From assembly GCF_009914755.1 (NCBI RefSeq), contig NC_060937.1: DNA of 64,000 nucleotides; one strand, written 5' to 3'. Shown here piece by piece: positions 15,026-29,227 of the stretch (the first letter of the stretch is position 1; each line of letters begins with the position of its first letter). This stretch comes from the human T2T-CHM13v2.0 reference genome, Homo sapiens. The translations under genes were made by a program, and so were the position numbers. The notes beneath the pieces are model-generated. The model ran no database searches, was not told the DNA's origin, and saw only the letters and a list, made by a program, of their open reading frames with translations.

Positions 15026-15108
15026 CTTATTTTCCTTTCAACACGCTTTTAACATATGCCATGGTATCCATCCTTCAATTGTTTGTGCCTTTTTTGAGAG
15101 CTGCCCAT
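15026..15108 (-). other. RNF6: RNF6 5' UTR exon (possible alternative upstream acceptor at 15234)
   Basis: Polypyrimidine tract ctcttttattgcttcag|atg at 15109/15108 and donor aag|gtatt at 15026/15025. A second acceptor, ttttctag|atg, lies at 15235/15234. Confidence 0.7.
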
Positions 15109-15379
15109 CTGAAGCAATAAAAGAGAGTTGAATAATTCAATAAACTGTTTCTTTAAAGGCCAGGAACGGGTGGTAGTCTCCCCACTCTGCTGCAAAGCCA
15201 AAGCAAATTCTCCAGTGGATTTTGTTAGACACATCTAGAAAATTAGATCCCCATACAATTAGGTCACGAAAACCTCCCGCAAGGCCCCTACCTTCCGCAA
15301 CAAACTTAGGCCTTTCGTCCTACACTGTCACTGTTCCTGGGTTTACGCCTCCTCTCTCAAAGGCCTTCCTTCCTATCCC

Positions 15380-16390
15380 GTTCCCATTCGGATGTTACCA
15401 GGGTTAGGCGTCTCCGGCTTACTTCTAAACCTTGACTTTCTTGCCACCCCCGCCCTCCGTCCCGCTACTGGTTTCTTTCCCGGCCGTTGCGACGGAAGCT
15501 CGCGCCGGGGGACGATCCCCACTACGATAAATAAAGTGGGCTCAAGAGGCCCAACCAACCTCTTCCCAACCGAGCCTCAAGTAACGCTTCCCTTAGAGAC
15601 CTAGATTCTCACAAGGAAGCAGGTGATAGACGGTGCATCCCAACCAATCACCAGCCAGCGGAGCGCAATAAGAAGGCAGTTAACCAATCGGAGAAGAGAT
15701 GGGTGGCTCGAAGGATGGCCTGCTTTCCCCGGCGTCTCCAGGAAGTAGTGGTGGGACCCAGATCTTTCCCTCGAGCCCACCTCTCCAGGTCTTGGGCCTT
15801 CGCCCTCCTGTCCGGAGAACGTGTGCTGTGGGCGGCCGTTCTCTCGGGTGCTGGAGGCTGTGGTTGGGAGGCGGGATAGGCTTGCCGCCGCGCCTCCGGA
15901 GCCCGCTGTGCCCTCGAATTGGCCACTGAGGAGAGAAGCCGGAAGCCCGTGCTGCAGCGTGGGGTCGTCCAGCTGGAGGGGATACTCGGGAGGAAGAACG
16001 GCAGGCCCCAGCCCTTCTTTCCCGACAGCCACGCCGCCCACTTGGCGGCGGGGAGTCGCTCCGCAGCCGGCCCGGAGCTCGCCCGTGCAACTGAAAACTG
16101 CGTCCGTCGGGAGCTAGGGTGCCTGGCGTCCCGCGTTCCGCCCTCTTGCGCCGCCCTTACAGTGCCTCCTCCTCGAGGCCAAATGCCCGGCCGCTCAGCG
16201 CTCGTGGCAGCCGCGTAGTTGCAGAGACACGGTCTGCTTTCCAGGCTTGGGAAGTCCCAGCACTTAACTCTGCGCGTCGGTGTCGCTTGTTTGCCAGCCA
16301 GACTATAAAGTGCACCCAACGGTGTATGCGTCTCTTTACTTCCGGGTGTAACGTACTACCCAGCCAGGCCCTTTCCCTTGCTGCGCTTTG
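15380..16390 (-). promoter_or_regulatory. RNF6: RNF6 CpG island, promoter and non-coding exon 1 (likely donor gag|gtgggc at 15781/15780)
   Basis: High GC and CpG density upstream of RNF6. ETS motif CCGGAAGT on the minus strand near 16340; CCAAT boxes at 15644 and 15684. Confidence 0.85.
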
Positions 16391-16449
16391 GAACCTGGAA
16401 ATTACAAACCCTAATAAATTCTGAAGTCTGTCTGTCTGTCTATCTCTAT

Positions 16450-16687
16450 TTGAGACAAGGTCTCATCCTGTCGCCCAGGCTAGAGCGATCGTAGCTCACT
16501 GCAGCCTCCAGCGATCCTCCCTCCTCATCCCAGTAGCTGGAACTACAGGCGCTTGCCATTAATTTCACATTTTTTCTTTTGTAGAGACGGGGGTCTCGCT
16601 ATGTTGCCCAGGCTGGTTTCGTACTCGGCCTCAAGCAATCCTCTCACCTCAGCAAAATGGGATTACAGGCATGAGGCACCGCACCCC
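16450..16687 (-). mobile_element. Degenerate AluJ next to the RNF6 promoter
   Basis: Alu motifs with several internal deletions. Confidence 0.85.
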
Positions 16688-18701
16688 ACTATATTTTGTG
16701 TTTTTTCACCTTCCCGCTAGGAAAGCAGTTTGAAACTCCCAACATTCCTCCCTCTGATTTTATTTCTGAGATGTGAGGCTTACTAAACTTACCTCACCGT
16801 TAGTTAAGATGCTGAGTAGGTCTCTGTCTAACCTGGTATAGTCCCCTTTCCTGACATCCCTACCATCTGATGACTTCATCACTGGAGAGTGCTCACAATG
16901 CCGTTACTTGTTATTCTTCCGTTTGTTCTTTCATTTCTGCATTAACTTTTGAGGAACTACGATATCCCCATTATTATGCTGGGCACCTGGATAACAAGCT
17001 ACATGCAGTCCTTAGCATCAATGAGCTACCAGTGTAGTAAGGATCTATGGACAAGTGTTTAAAATAAGCATATGGATATGGATACTAAAATGGAAATATA
17101 TAAAACAGCCTAGAAAGCCCTTCCAGATCTTTCTGCTGCTTACATTTACAGGCTGTTGTCTTGGCACTCCGAAACTGCTTGAAGTTCCGCCACAAGATAT
17201 GGGAACTCCTAAGCAACCCCCAACTCCACTTTTACCTAATTTCCTCTGTCTCCCAAAACTCAGCTCAGTTCTCATCTTTAAGGAATTTTTCCTGATACCT
17301 CTGAAATAACACCCTTACCTCACCCTCCAGCCCGATATTTACACATAAAACTAAGCAAATGTCCCTTTTGGGGGCTCCCATACTCCCTCTATATATAACC
17401 CTATTTTAGCATGTATTCATGTATTTAACAAATAGTGAGTGTGACTATGTATTAGGTGCTGGTGATGACAGCCGTGAATCAGACAGTCATGTCCTCATAG
17501 AATGAAGTCCTTGCCCTCTTTTCCCATGGAAAAAGAGCCATTGAGCAAATACTTAAGATGATTTTCTGTTTTTAGGTCTTTACTACCTAGAGTCTGAACT
17601 GCTTAAGTGTGATCAAATGGTCTAATTCATTTTTGTAATCCCAGAACTTAGCACAGCACTTGGCAGAACATTCTCCTCAGCCTACTGCATAGATGAGCAG
17701 AGAAAAATGCAATCTTTTGGCAAACGGGATTAATGCACACAGTACAACGACTTCAGATATTGTGAACACACATCATAGAAAATAACAAGTAGAAATCATT
17801 TTTAATATCTGTGAATTTTGGAGAGTGCAATCAAATGCAATAATCCAAGTGCAAATACTTTTTACATGTTGAGTGGAAAAGACATATGTGTCTCTTCCTA
17901 TTTTTCCTATTTCCTATTATATACCCTAAGAATAAAAAAAAAACTATTATAAAAATGTCTAAATAAAAATCCAATCAAGTGATTTACCAGGTAGGAAGTT
18001 GCAGGTTTTTGTGAGTAGAGAATCAGGTAATGTATGTAACTTGAATCCAACACCTTGCTTCAGTTTTTGTAGTCCAAGACAAAATGACTACAAAGAGGGG
18101 CTTAGATACAACAGCTGGAACAGACAGATGAATCATTCTGGATATCTACTCCAGGTCTCAGAACCTGCCAAGGTCTCTGGTCTAATTAATTTCTGTTTAT
18201 TGGATTGGTACCTGGCCTTTGTAGTGTGTATGCCTCATGTAACTCCTGGACTTTTTACAATTAGGAATACAAAGATCTAAAATAATTAAAACCATAACAT
18301 TAAAAGGATTCTCTGTATATCTGGTAAATTATGTACTTGTCATGTTTAAAAGATTTTGGCTTCATAAAACGACAGCCTTAATTACAATTTAAAACAAAAT
18401 GGAGCACTCGATTTCAAGTTTTAAGTTGAAGTTGAAATCTTGCTAAGTTTATGGATGGCATCAGAGCAGCAAAGAGAAATATAGGCTCCCCATATTGTTT
18501 TATTATTAGTTTAAAAATTATTATATAAGACTTAAAGACGAAATTACATGTAACATTTGAAGTACTTGTGAATGAGATAAAATATTAAATGTATAAATAC
18601 AGTTTAAAATGTTGGTTTGAAGATAATTAAATATGTATATGAATGAGATTGAAAGTTAGTGAAGGGCTAATTCCAAATGACTGTTAAGATTTACTATACT
18701 T

Positions 18702-19085
<384 letters not shown>

Positions 19086-19159
19086 CTAATAAGTTGAATA
19101 TTAACTGTTTAAGACAAAGATTTTTTAAATAATATGTTCTTTATTTCCTTATAGCTCTT

Positions 19160-19515
19160 TTAACAGCCTTATTGAGATATAATTCACATACCATAAAATT
19201 TGCCCATTTAAGGTATACAATCCAGTGGTTTTTAGTATAATCAGACTTGCGCAGCATTCACCACAATCTAATTGTAAAACATGTTCATCTCCCCAGAGGA
19301 AACCCTATACCTATTAACAATTACTCTCATTCCTACTCCACCCTATTCCCAGCCCCTGGCAATTACTAATGTACTTTCTGTCTCTGGATTTGCCTATTCT
19401 GAGCATTTCAAACAAATGGTATTCTACGTCATGTGGTCTTTTGTGTCTGGTTTCTTTCACTTAGCATAATGTTTTCAAGGGTCATCATGTTGTAGCATGT
19501 CTCAGTATTTCATTC
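19160..19515 (-). mobile_element. Old L1M 3' fragment
   Basis: ttattgagatataattcacataccataaaatt... is the typical reversed 3' end of L1MB/ME. Confidence 0.8.
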
Positions 19516-22457
19516 CTCAAGAGAAACTTCGGAATAGTCCTTTTCTGCATATAAAAACAACCCTCAAGGATACTCCTGATAACCAGGGTCTTAATTAGGC
19601 CAGAGATGGTCTTGGATCAGGTTATCTAGAAACGAAGCCTGAGACAAGGATTGTTATTGAAGTGTTTTATTAGGACGGTGCACTCTGGAGAAGGGGATAG
19701 AGGAAGCAGGATTGGCCAGGAGGACAAGGAAACAAGAATGAGCCTCCACTGATCCCGTGAAATTCACCACCAAGTGGCCTTGTTGGCCAGCTCTTTGTAC
19801 GTACATGCCTGTCCCTCATTGGGTGAGATCTTCAGGGGCAGGATTGCAGCAGAACCTCATGCGTGAGGTGGCTCCTGTTTTAGCCAAGGGAAATTCTCTA
19901 GAGAAGAAGGCAGCTGAAATTGTTATCCAACACTCCCAGCAGCTGGAGTACAGATGCATGAGCTTATAGAGTGGATTTGGGCAGGAAACAAAAAACGTTC
20001 ACTATGGTCCACGCTTTGTATTGCTGAGATCTTTTGCTTCTCATGTGAAATTTCTCCATCTGAGCAGTTTCTAATCCCAATTTCTGGGAAATTTTTAAAA
20101 GACAAGGGTATTGGGACAAACTACAGCCCCTGTTGCTGCAGCTGGTTCCAAGGCCATAACTGATACTCATTATCTCCCTCCTGCACTACCCTTTCTAGAT
20201 TCCCCTCCACCTCAGCTAGCACTTCTGCTGGTGCAGGTGGCTTGACTGATGGATTGAACCAGGCACTCATCCCTGAGGGGTTCAGACCCTGATTATCATG
20301 CTTTTACCAGGCTACGGTGGCTGTACTTATTCATTTACAGTTACAACTAGGCACAGGAATACCAAGAAATGCCCCCATTGGATCTCCTGAGTACCCAGTG
20401 CATTCCTCTCTGGTCTAATTATGTAGCATCAGCCTCCACCTTGTTCTGATGGTTTGCTTGCAGGTCTTCCAACATTAAGAGCCCACAGTGATCAGAGAGC
20501 AGCCATAGCTTTCAGTTTAGTGGGACTCTTACTGTGTCCTATGATGAAAGCATCCCACCTCTGAGTATAGGACCTGATTATCCCTTGATCACTGGATCCA
20601 TGTATTCTATCTACTGTGGACACAGCACCATATACCAGCCATTGGTTTAAGGTGTATATTTGCATTATCCTGAAGGATAATGCTCCAGCCTCACAAGGGG
20701 TTATTTCCAAGGTGGAATTTCAGCTATGCCTTCCATAGGCCATTGCTCCACTCTATCAATTTGATAGCTTCCAAGTGGTATGGTATGTGGTATGACCAGT
20801 GGATCCTCTGGTCAGGTGCCCAACACTGTATCTTCTTGCTGGAAAGTGAGACCCTTGGTCTGAGGCAGTGTTATGTGAGATCCTGTGTCAGACTGTCTGA
20901 CATTCTGTAAGTCCTTCAGTAGTGGTACTGGCTGAAGCACTGCAGGCAGGAAAAGCAAACCTGTACTGGGAATATATGTCAAACCCAGTCATGATGAAAT
21001 GGGACTCTTTCCAGGCTGGAAGGATCCATTGTAATCAACTTGCCACCCGGTAGCTGTTTGGCATTCTTGAGCACTCAGTGTTGGTCTCTGCTGCAAACAG
21101 GTCAGACATTCAATAGCAGAAGTAGTTTTATCAGCTTTGGAGAGAGTCCAAGCTGTTGGGCCCATGCATAGCCTCCACCTCTGCTACCATGGCTACTCCC
21201 TCTATGGGCCCCTTGTGCGAGAACTGGGGTGGCCATAGACAGAGGCTGCCTGATATCTGCTGGCCTAGACATCCTGTCTACACAGTTGGTTGATGCCTCT
21301 TCTGCAGTGGAAACTTTCTAATGGGCATTATGTACTAAAAGGTCCTTACACTATGTGCCCTCTCCCATAAGTGTATTTACCTGCCTATTCTCCAGCCTTT
21401 CCCAATCTTCCTTCTTCCAGGCCCTTGACCAACAAGCGAAGCTAACATTTGTATATGGGCAACATACTTCTATGTCCAAAGTCGATGACTAAATGCACTG
21501 CTTGAAGCTCTGCCAAATGTTATGCTTCCCCTTTCATCTCTTTCAGAACCACCCCTGAGTGGGGCAGCAGTGCTGCAGCAGGTATTTCCAGCTTGCATCC
21601 ACACCCAGCTGACCATCTAAGATCCAAGCTTGGATTTTTTTCTTTCATTGTCAACTGTTCATGGGGAACTCCCCTGCGGCCATAGCTATGAGTTTAGGGA
21701 GAGGCGTTGGTACAACAGTAGCAGGTGACATGGGGGTCTCAGCCACCTATTTGTGCAGCTCACTCATGCTCTCTGGATTTGCTTGGATCTAATTGCAGAC
21801 CTACTGGATTCCTTACAGGGGATTGCTGCTGCACCCAGCTGACCTTATGACACAGAGAGTCTGACAGAATCCAACTTATGTTCACTCTGTGTCTCATGGT
21901 CACTTAGTGTCCCATGGTCAGATGCTCAGTTTCTACCAGGGCCCAGTATCATGACAGAGCTGTTTTTCAAATGGAGTATAGTTCTCTGCAGCAGATGGCA
22001 TGGCCTTGCTCCAGGATCCTGGGGTCTGTGCTGTGACTCGCCTATTGGGGCTTGCCAGAAGTACCACGTGGCATCTTTCTTTACAACAGACACCTCTAGT
22101 ACCATGGGATCTGCTGGCTCACAGAGTCCAAGTGGCAGGTCTGCTTGTACCAAAGAATGTACCTACTATACAGCCCTTTATCACCTGAGCTTCACTAACA
22201 GCTAGCAGCTTTCCAAGTCACCTGATAAATATATTGCCAAGTACAGTGAATATGCTGCCTTCAAAACCCAGAGGCCTACCAAGTATTCTGCTTTTCTTCT
22301 TGGTGGTAGGAATTCAGGCTACAAGAACTTGTCTTGTACTTTGGAGGGGATGTTCCAGCTTACCCCAGACCACTGGATCTTTAAAAACTTCACTGATGAG
22401 GCAGGCCTCTGAATCTTGTTAGCCTCTATCCTCTACCTTGTAGAGAACATATTTCTT

Positions 22458-23422
22458 CCCCCCCCCATTTAAATCATTCTTTTTATTTGAGTCAATATGT
22501 CCAAAAAAATTTTTAACATTCAATTATCATGAAGAAATACTAAGGAGATACTTTGCACCCTTTTTTGGGACTAAGCCTCTGAAGTCCGTGTGTCTACAAC
22601 ACTCATGAAACGTGACAAGGACCTGCTGCTTCTCAAGCACCCAACACCACACATGGCCACCACGGTACATGGCTGGGTTCAGTGTCCGGCTGCCCTGCGG
22701 AAAGGCTGGGGCCTCTGGCCCAAAGCTTGTGACCCCTCATCTTTTCCACTGTGGTGCCTCTGGCCAGGCTTTACCCTACCCAGGGAACGACTCTACACCA
22801 CCTCTGTGAGCCCAGTGCTATCTGTCCAGACCCAGGGCCAAGGGCCCCCTCCTAGGGCCCTTCCCTGAGACTCATGGGAAACAGCCCAGCCCCCCTCAAA
22901 GCAGGGGGACAGGAGGAGTTGCTATGTACCCACGGGCGCCCATCCCTCCGGAAGCTCTCAGGGAGGCGGCCAGCAGGGATTCACCCTCCCCTCCCCTAGC
23001 ACCCCAGCACCTAGCAGGAGGGTAGCTCTCTGGGGGCCACATGTCCAGCAGTCACATGTTTCAAGGGTCTTGGAGGCAGGCCCAGGCTCCCTGGGGTTGG
23101 GCGGAGGCAGAGGAGGTATCTGGGTTGGACTACATGTTGATTTTGGTCCGAGACACATAGTTGCCAACGGTGCCTTGCCCCTGCATGGGGACCCCCTGCG
23201 AGGTGGGTCCCGTGTGGCTGTAGCCGGGCCCTGTGATGCTCATGGAGGTTGTGGGCAGCCTGCTCTGCTGCATGGACACGTGGCTCAGATCTGGCCCTGC
23301 ATGAGGGAGGAGGGCAGCAGGCTTGTGCTGATGGCGCCACTCAGGCTGCCCTGAAAGTGAAGGGATCTGACGCCCAGGTTCATGTTCTGCCTGAGCTGAG
23401 CGGGGAGCAGGGACTGCATGTG
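22458..23422 (-). pseudogene. 5'-truncated processed pseudogene (retrocopy) of SS18L1/CREST
   Basis: The minus strand reads MQSLLPA..QNMNLG..LHFQGSLSGAISTSLLPSSLMQGQI / SHVSMQQ..LPTTSMSITGPGYSHTGPTSQGVPMQGQGTVGNYVSRTKINM*SNP, matching SS18L1 just after its SNH/QLQ domain. 15-bp TSD gagaacatatttctt at 22443-22457 and 23423-23437; AATAAA (minus) at 22487-22482. Confidence 0.88.
22467..22680 (+). mobile_element. MER33-like hAT MITE fragment carried inside the SS18L1 retrocopy
   Basis: ttttatttgagtcaatatgtccaaaa...gagatactttgca...ctaagcctctgaagtccgtgtgt resembles the MER33 consensus as I recall it. Confidence 0.6.
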
Positions 23423-23698
23423 GAGAACATATTTCTTACCAAGGCATATGGAGTACTTGCCATTTCTTGCTTCTAATATCTAATTAACATGGTGTCATAA
23501 ATATTGGAGACCAGTGCGATGTTCTGCAGGATGCCCAGGTTGTCCAAGTCCCTTTGGACTATATTATATGACAGAAAGCAGGATAATTAACATTGCCCTG
23601 GCAAATGAATATCACGTCCATACCACGTGGATAAAAACTGCTTCTGATCTTTCTTCCTGGTGGATATAGAAAAGAACACATTTACAGATGGATAGCGA

Positions 23699-23784
23699 TT
23701 AGGATAGTGCAAAAGTAAAAGTAATGGCAAAAACTGCAATTACAAGTAATGGCAAAAACCGCAATTACTTTTGCACCAGCCTAA
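23699..23784. mobile_element. MADE1 (Hsmar1-derived MITE), internally rearranged
   Basis: ttagg...gtgcaaaagtaa ... taatggcaaaaaccgcaattacttttgcacca-cctaa followed by TA. Confidence 0.85.
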
Positions 23785-26547
23785 TACATACATGTACCAA
23801 GGCTGTAGTAATATGTTCTAGTAAAGATACCAGATCTTACAAACCAGCTGCAATGGGGCCAATATTTGGCTAAGTTCTTGGTAGTCCACTGTCGTACACT
23901 GTGATCTAACCAGTGTTTCTGAGGTCATACTGGCTAATTAAATAGGGTTATGACAAAGAGCACCATCTCTGCATTCTTGAAGTCTTTGAGGATGGCGCTT
24001 ATGTCTGCCATTCTCCGGGCCTGCAATACTCTTCTTGGTGGGAGAGGGTCTGTTTCAAGGATTACTATTGGAGTTCCTACTAAAATAGCTCTAGTTCCAC
24101 AGCTCAAGGAACCAATGTGAGGATTCTGCCGAGTGCTAGGTATTTCCATTCCCCGTGAAGGAACCAGAGAAATAGCCACTGGTGGAATCCACAGACTCAG
24201 TGAATCTGTTTTAGATGGACCTGGGCCAGACCTTCAGTTATCACCTGACTCTCAGTCAGTCTTTCCTCATAATAATGCAGCCTCTCTTTCAGTCAATTGG
24301 TTCCGAGTCTGAGAAATGGCTCAGGTCTGGAAACTGGACAAGAGATCATGACTTTCCACTGGGGTGCCTGACCTCAGCCTCCTGCTAACCTATTATTAAT
24401 TGCAGGTTATCTTCTATTTATATGCCTTTAGCACTATTTTTTTCTGTTGCACTATTCTCCTACCCATCTTTCTTGTTCCTAGGAACACTATATTCGATTA
24501 GTCCTCTCCATAGGCCCCCAAAGGTTAGTCCCCCGGCTGACATCCTGACCTGGCTGCCCATTACAGTAATTAAGTGGTTTTAATGGTTAAGTGCTTCTGA
24601 TGGCTAAGTGGTGTCACCTGGCCTCTGCTATTCTGGAACGCTCTAATCTCCTTTGCTACCAGGAAGTCTAGCTCTGTAACAGCAATGCTTATCATCAGCC
24701 TCAGCTGCAGAGGGCAGCTTCGCAATGATGCCAGTATCCCTTTCACCACTGAGTTTCTTCCTCCATTAGTTTCCTTGGAACCTCCCGAGGAAAGTAATCA
24801 CTGGTAGACTTCCTGGTGTTAGACGGTAGATCTGTTTCAGCATGCCCACTTCCCTGAGCCTTTTGACCTCTTCCTCCACAGCCTGCCGTGGCAGTTCTGG
24901 CCTCTCCACTTCATTTAACGTAGGCCGCTTTTCCCCCAAGCTTCCAAGAGTCATCCAGCAGCATAACAGAACCATCCCTGAGGCAATTTCCAGGGAATTA
25001 TTATTATTATTATCATTGTTATTTACCCTCATGTTCTCTGTGACGGTAACTTTCCAGGGAATGAAATCCTGTCTTGTGGGCCCCATACCCCATACAAATT
25101 CTCCCTTCCCCTGCTTGATATCCTATGCCCCTTGGTCCAGCACCTCGTAGTCCCCTCCCAGGCATTCTCCCTCTTTTGCTGGTATACATTATCCATGTCC
25201 AGTAACACTTTGGCTTGTAGCCCCTTTCCACTCAGCACAGCAAGCATTACCCCAATTGAGTCATGATGAAGCGTGACCCCAGTTTTGGTCTGGTGTCCAA
25301 AAGTGAAAGGTGGAAGGAGGGAAAACATTGTCATATAAGGGTCCGTTTCATTCGAAACTTCTGCATAGCAAGGAAAGGAGGGCATTCTCTTTTAGCAATG
25401 GGAGGGGATCACTTCTGCAGGCACATTGGTTTGGTGGACTCTGGAGGTCAAATGCTGCATCTATCTACCCAGCAATGAGATATAGCCTTATTGCACAGTT
25501 CAGAGTCCCACCCTACCCTTGCAGGGCTCTGCCTTTAATGAAGGAGATCTGCTTTGACTGAACATTAAGCCTTCACTGTAGTTCTTTGTTACAGAAAAAT
25601 GTTGGGCTGTCCTGCAGCTGCAGGTGATGAGAGTCTCTTGCAATGCTGTCTAGCAGGCCCTCTGTCTCTCACACTGCACTTTTCATTCATGATTAGCTGA
25701 CCTGAGCCTGTCATTTCCTCTCTTAAGCACATAATCGGTGACCAGCAGCAGCCATCCAATTCTACGGTCCCTTCAATTACTATTTTCCAATATCTCCACA
25801 ATGCCAGGGACATAGCACCAGCCACTGCATTCCCTTTCACCCGCATCATATTCCAGCCCACCACAGGTGAAAGGCAGCCTGGGCAGGTAGGCTGGGAACT
25901 GATGATACTCCACCAAGGTCTAATGATCCATTGTCTAGTAGATGATCCAACTCCAGAAGTCCATCCTGCTTCCTGAAACTCCTCTGGCACTAACTATCTT
26001 AGTTGGGACTACCTGGAAACTGGGCCTGAGTCAGTGATTTATCATGAAGTACTCTTCAGGAGAGACCTTTCAGTAGGGAGGGAGGAAGAACAGGGAAGGG
26101 GAAAGAGCTGAACAAGAATTTGCCAAAGACTAGCCTGAGCTTAGGCCTTTTATTTGGAAAAACCTACCCAATCTCCCTTTGCCTGGCTAACTCTTTTAGG
26201 AGTCATAGCTCTTATAGCTCCTTTTGGACAAGATTCGCTGACCTCATCGGCCTTGGCTAGGTTTTCTGTCTATGTGATCTTACAGTAACCTGCAGTAACC
26301 TGTATCTTTCATTTATCAGATGGTATTATAATTTCCTTTCTACTTTCTACTTGTTTAAGGAAAGGAATTTTCCAAAATACATACAGTACTCCCCTCTCTA
26401 AGGATCTCAGTATGCCTTAGGGTGAGGGGAGGGATAGGAAAGGATACATATGTACTCACACATACATACACAAATATACACTTTTAACTTCCCAGGTGAT
26501 TATATTATATTTGCAGCCCTACCCTAAACCCTTTAATATTTACTAGC

Positions 26548-27050
<503 letters not shown>

Positions 27051-27436
27051 CAAGACTATGATGTCCATGGTGGTAGATTTTTCGTCTTACTCCTCTAGAT
27101 ATTTCCAGGGCCTGCCTCAGTATTTGTATTAGGCAGATAATAAATATGGAATAAATGAATAAGTGATTGTAAAAGGTAGAGAGATAAGTGCATTTTTCCC
27201 TCATGATGTCATAAGCTGACATTTAATATCAAGTCATATTTATAAATATAATTGACCTGAGCTAATTTTTCACTTTAGTGATCACAAACATCCCTGAGAG
27301 TATGACCCACAGGGAACACTCCCGTGGTCTCAAATAGCTTCAGGTAAGATCCCAGACACTCCTCAACTTTCCTGGCTTTCAGCTTTCAAAAGTAATTATC
27401 TCTGCCTTGTGTACATTAAATGGAGGTCAAAAGTTA

Positions 27437-27900
<464 letters not shown>

Positions 27901-28213
27901 AAAAAGTTACCAAACTAGTTTTAGCTTCTCTTTTGGTGCACAAGCCCTGCAGAGCTGGCCGTGCTACCTCCCGAGGCAGTGTGGGGCCACAGTGCAGAAC
28001 TTCTGTGGTGTCCCCACCTGTATGCGGAAGAGCACATGGTCCAACTTGGTCGTCTTCAGGTTCCCACAGGATCCATCCAGATGCGCAAAGTAGGTGGAGA
28101 AATGTCGGAGAGCAGACCTATTAGATAAAACATCTAATTAATTAAATACACATTCTCAATTAGGTGCCAACCACTTCTGAGTCCTCTACCATCTGTAGAG
28201 CTAGTCTTAATAG

Positions 28214-28526
<313 letters not shown>

Positions 28527-28916
28527 CAGTATTTGATCTTACCACTCATTTGAACAATCCACATAGTAGACACAGAAAATGAATAAAAGAATTGAAGAAA
28601 GATGAAATTAGAACACTGAAACAGAAAAAAGTTGATGAAACTTCTGAACAGGAATGAAAACATAAAGAAACCAACAACAGCAGAGTTCAGAACCCCAGGG
28701 CAGTAGAAGCCAGCCAAGGGAAGGATGTGGACATTTTGCCTCTAACCCCTAAAGAGAAAGAAAATAAAGAACACCTAAAATCTCCATTTGAAATGTTGAT
28801 TTTGTTGGAAAAACAAAATATACCTCTGGATAGATGTGAGACTGATGAAATGCCAGAAGGTCTCTTTACTCCCGGTAACATCGAAGTACTGCTGGAGTAC
28901 AGATAAATTCTGGTGA

Positions 28917-29227
<311 letters not shown>

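Larger units (their letters stand above)
19608..26140 (-). mobile_element. Decayed class III (ERVL-like, ERV3-16A3/LTR16-LTR33-type) provirus: 5' LTR remnant ~25995-26140, gag-pol remnants, 3' LTR ~19608-20006
   Basis: pol remnants VQADLPLGLCEPADPMVLEVSVVKKDATWYFWQAPIGESQHRP (21926-22153) and ISAILKDFKNAEMV (RT start, ~23960-24010). Related LTR termini at ~19610 and ~25995; PBS-like ttagtgccagagg next to the 5' LTR; PPT-like junction near 20006-20015. Confidence 0.82.

Noticed and set aside
15601-16424. Long GC-rich ORFs (up to 223 aa) over the RNF6 CpG island
   Set aside because: Stop codons are depleted in GC-rich DNA; the ORFs overlap on both strands and contain no recognisable domain.
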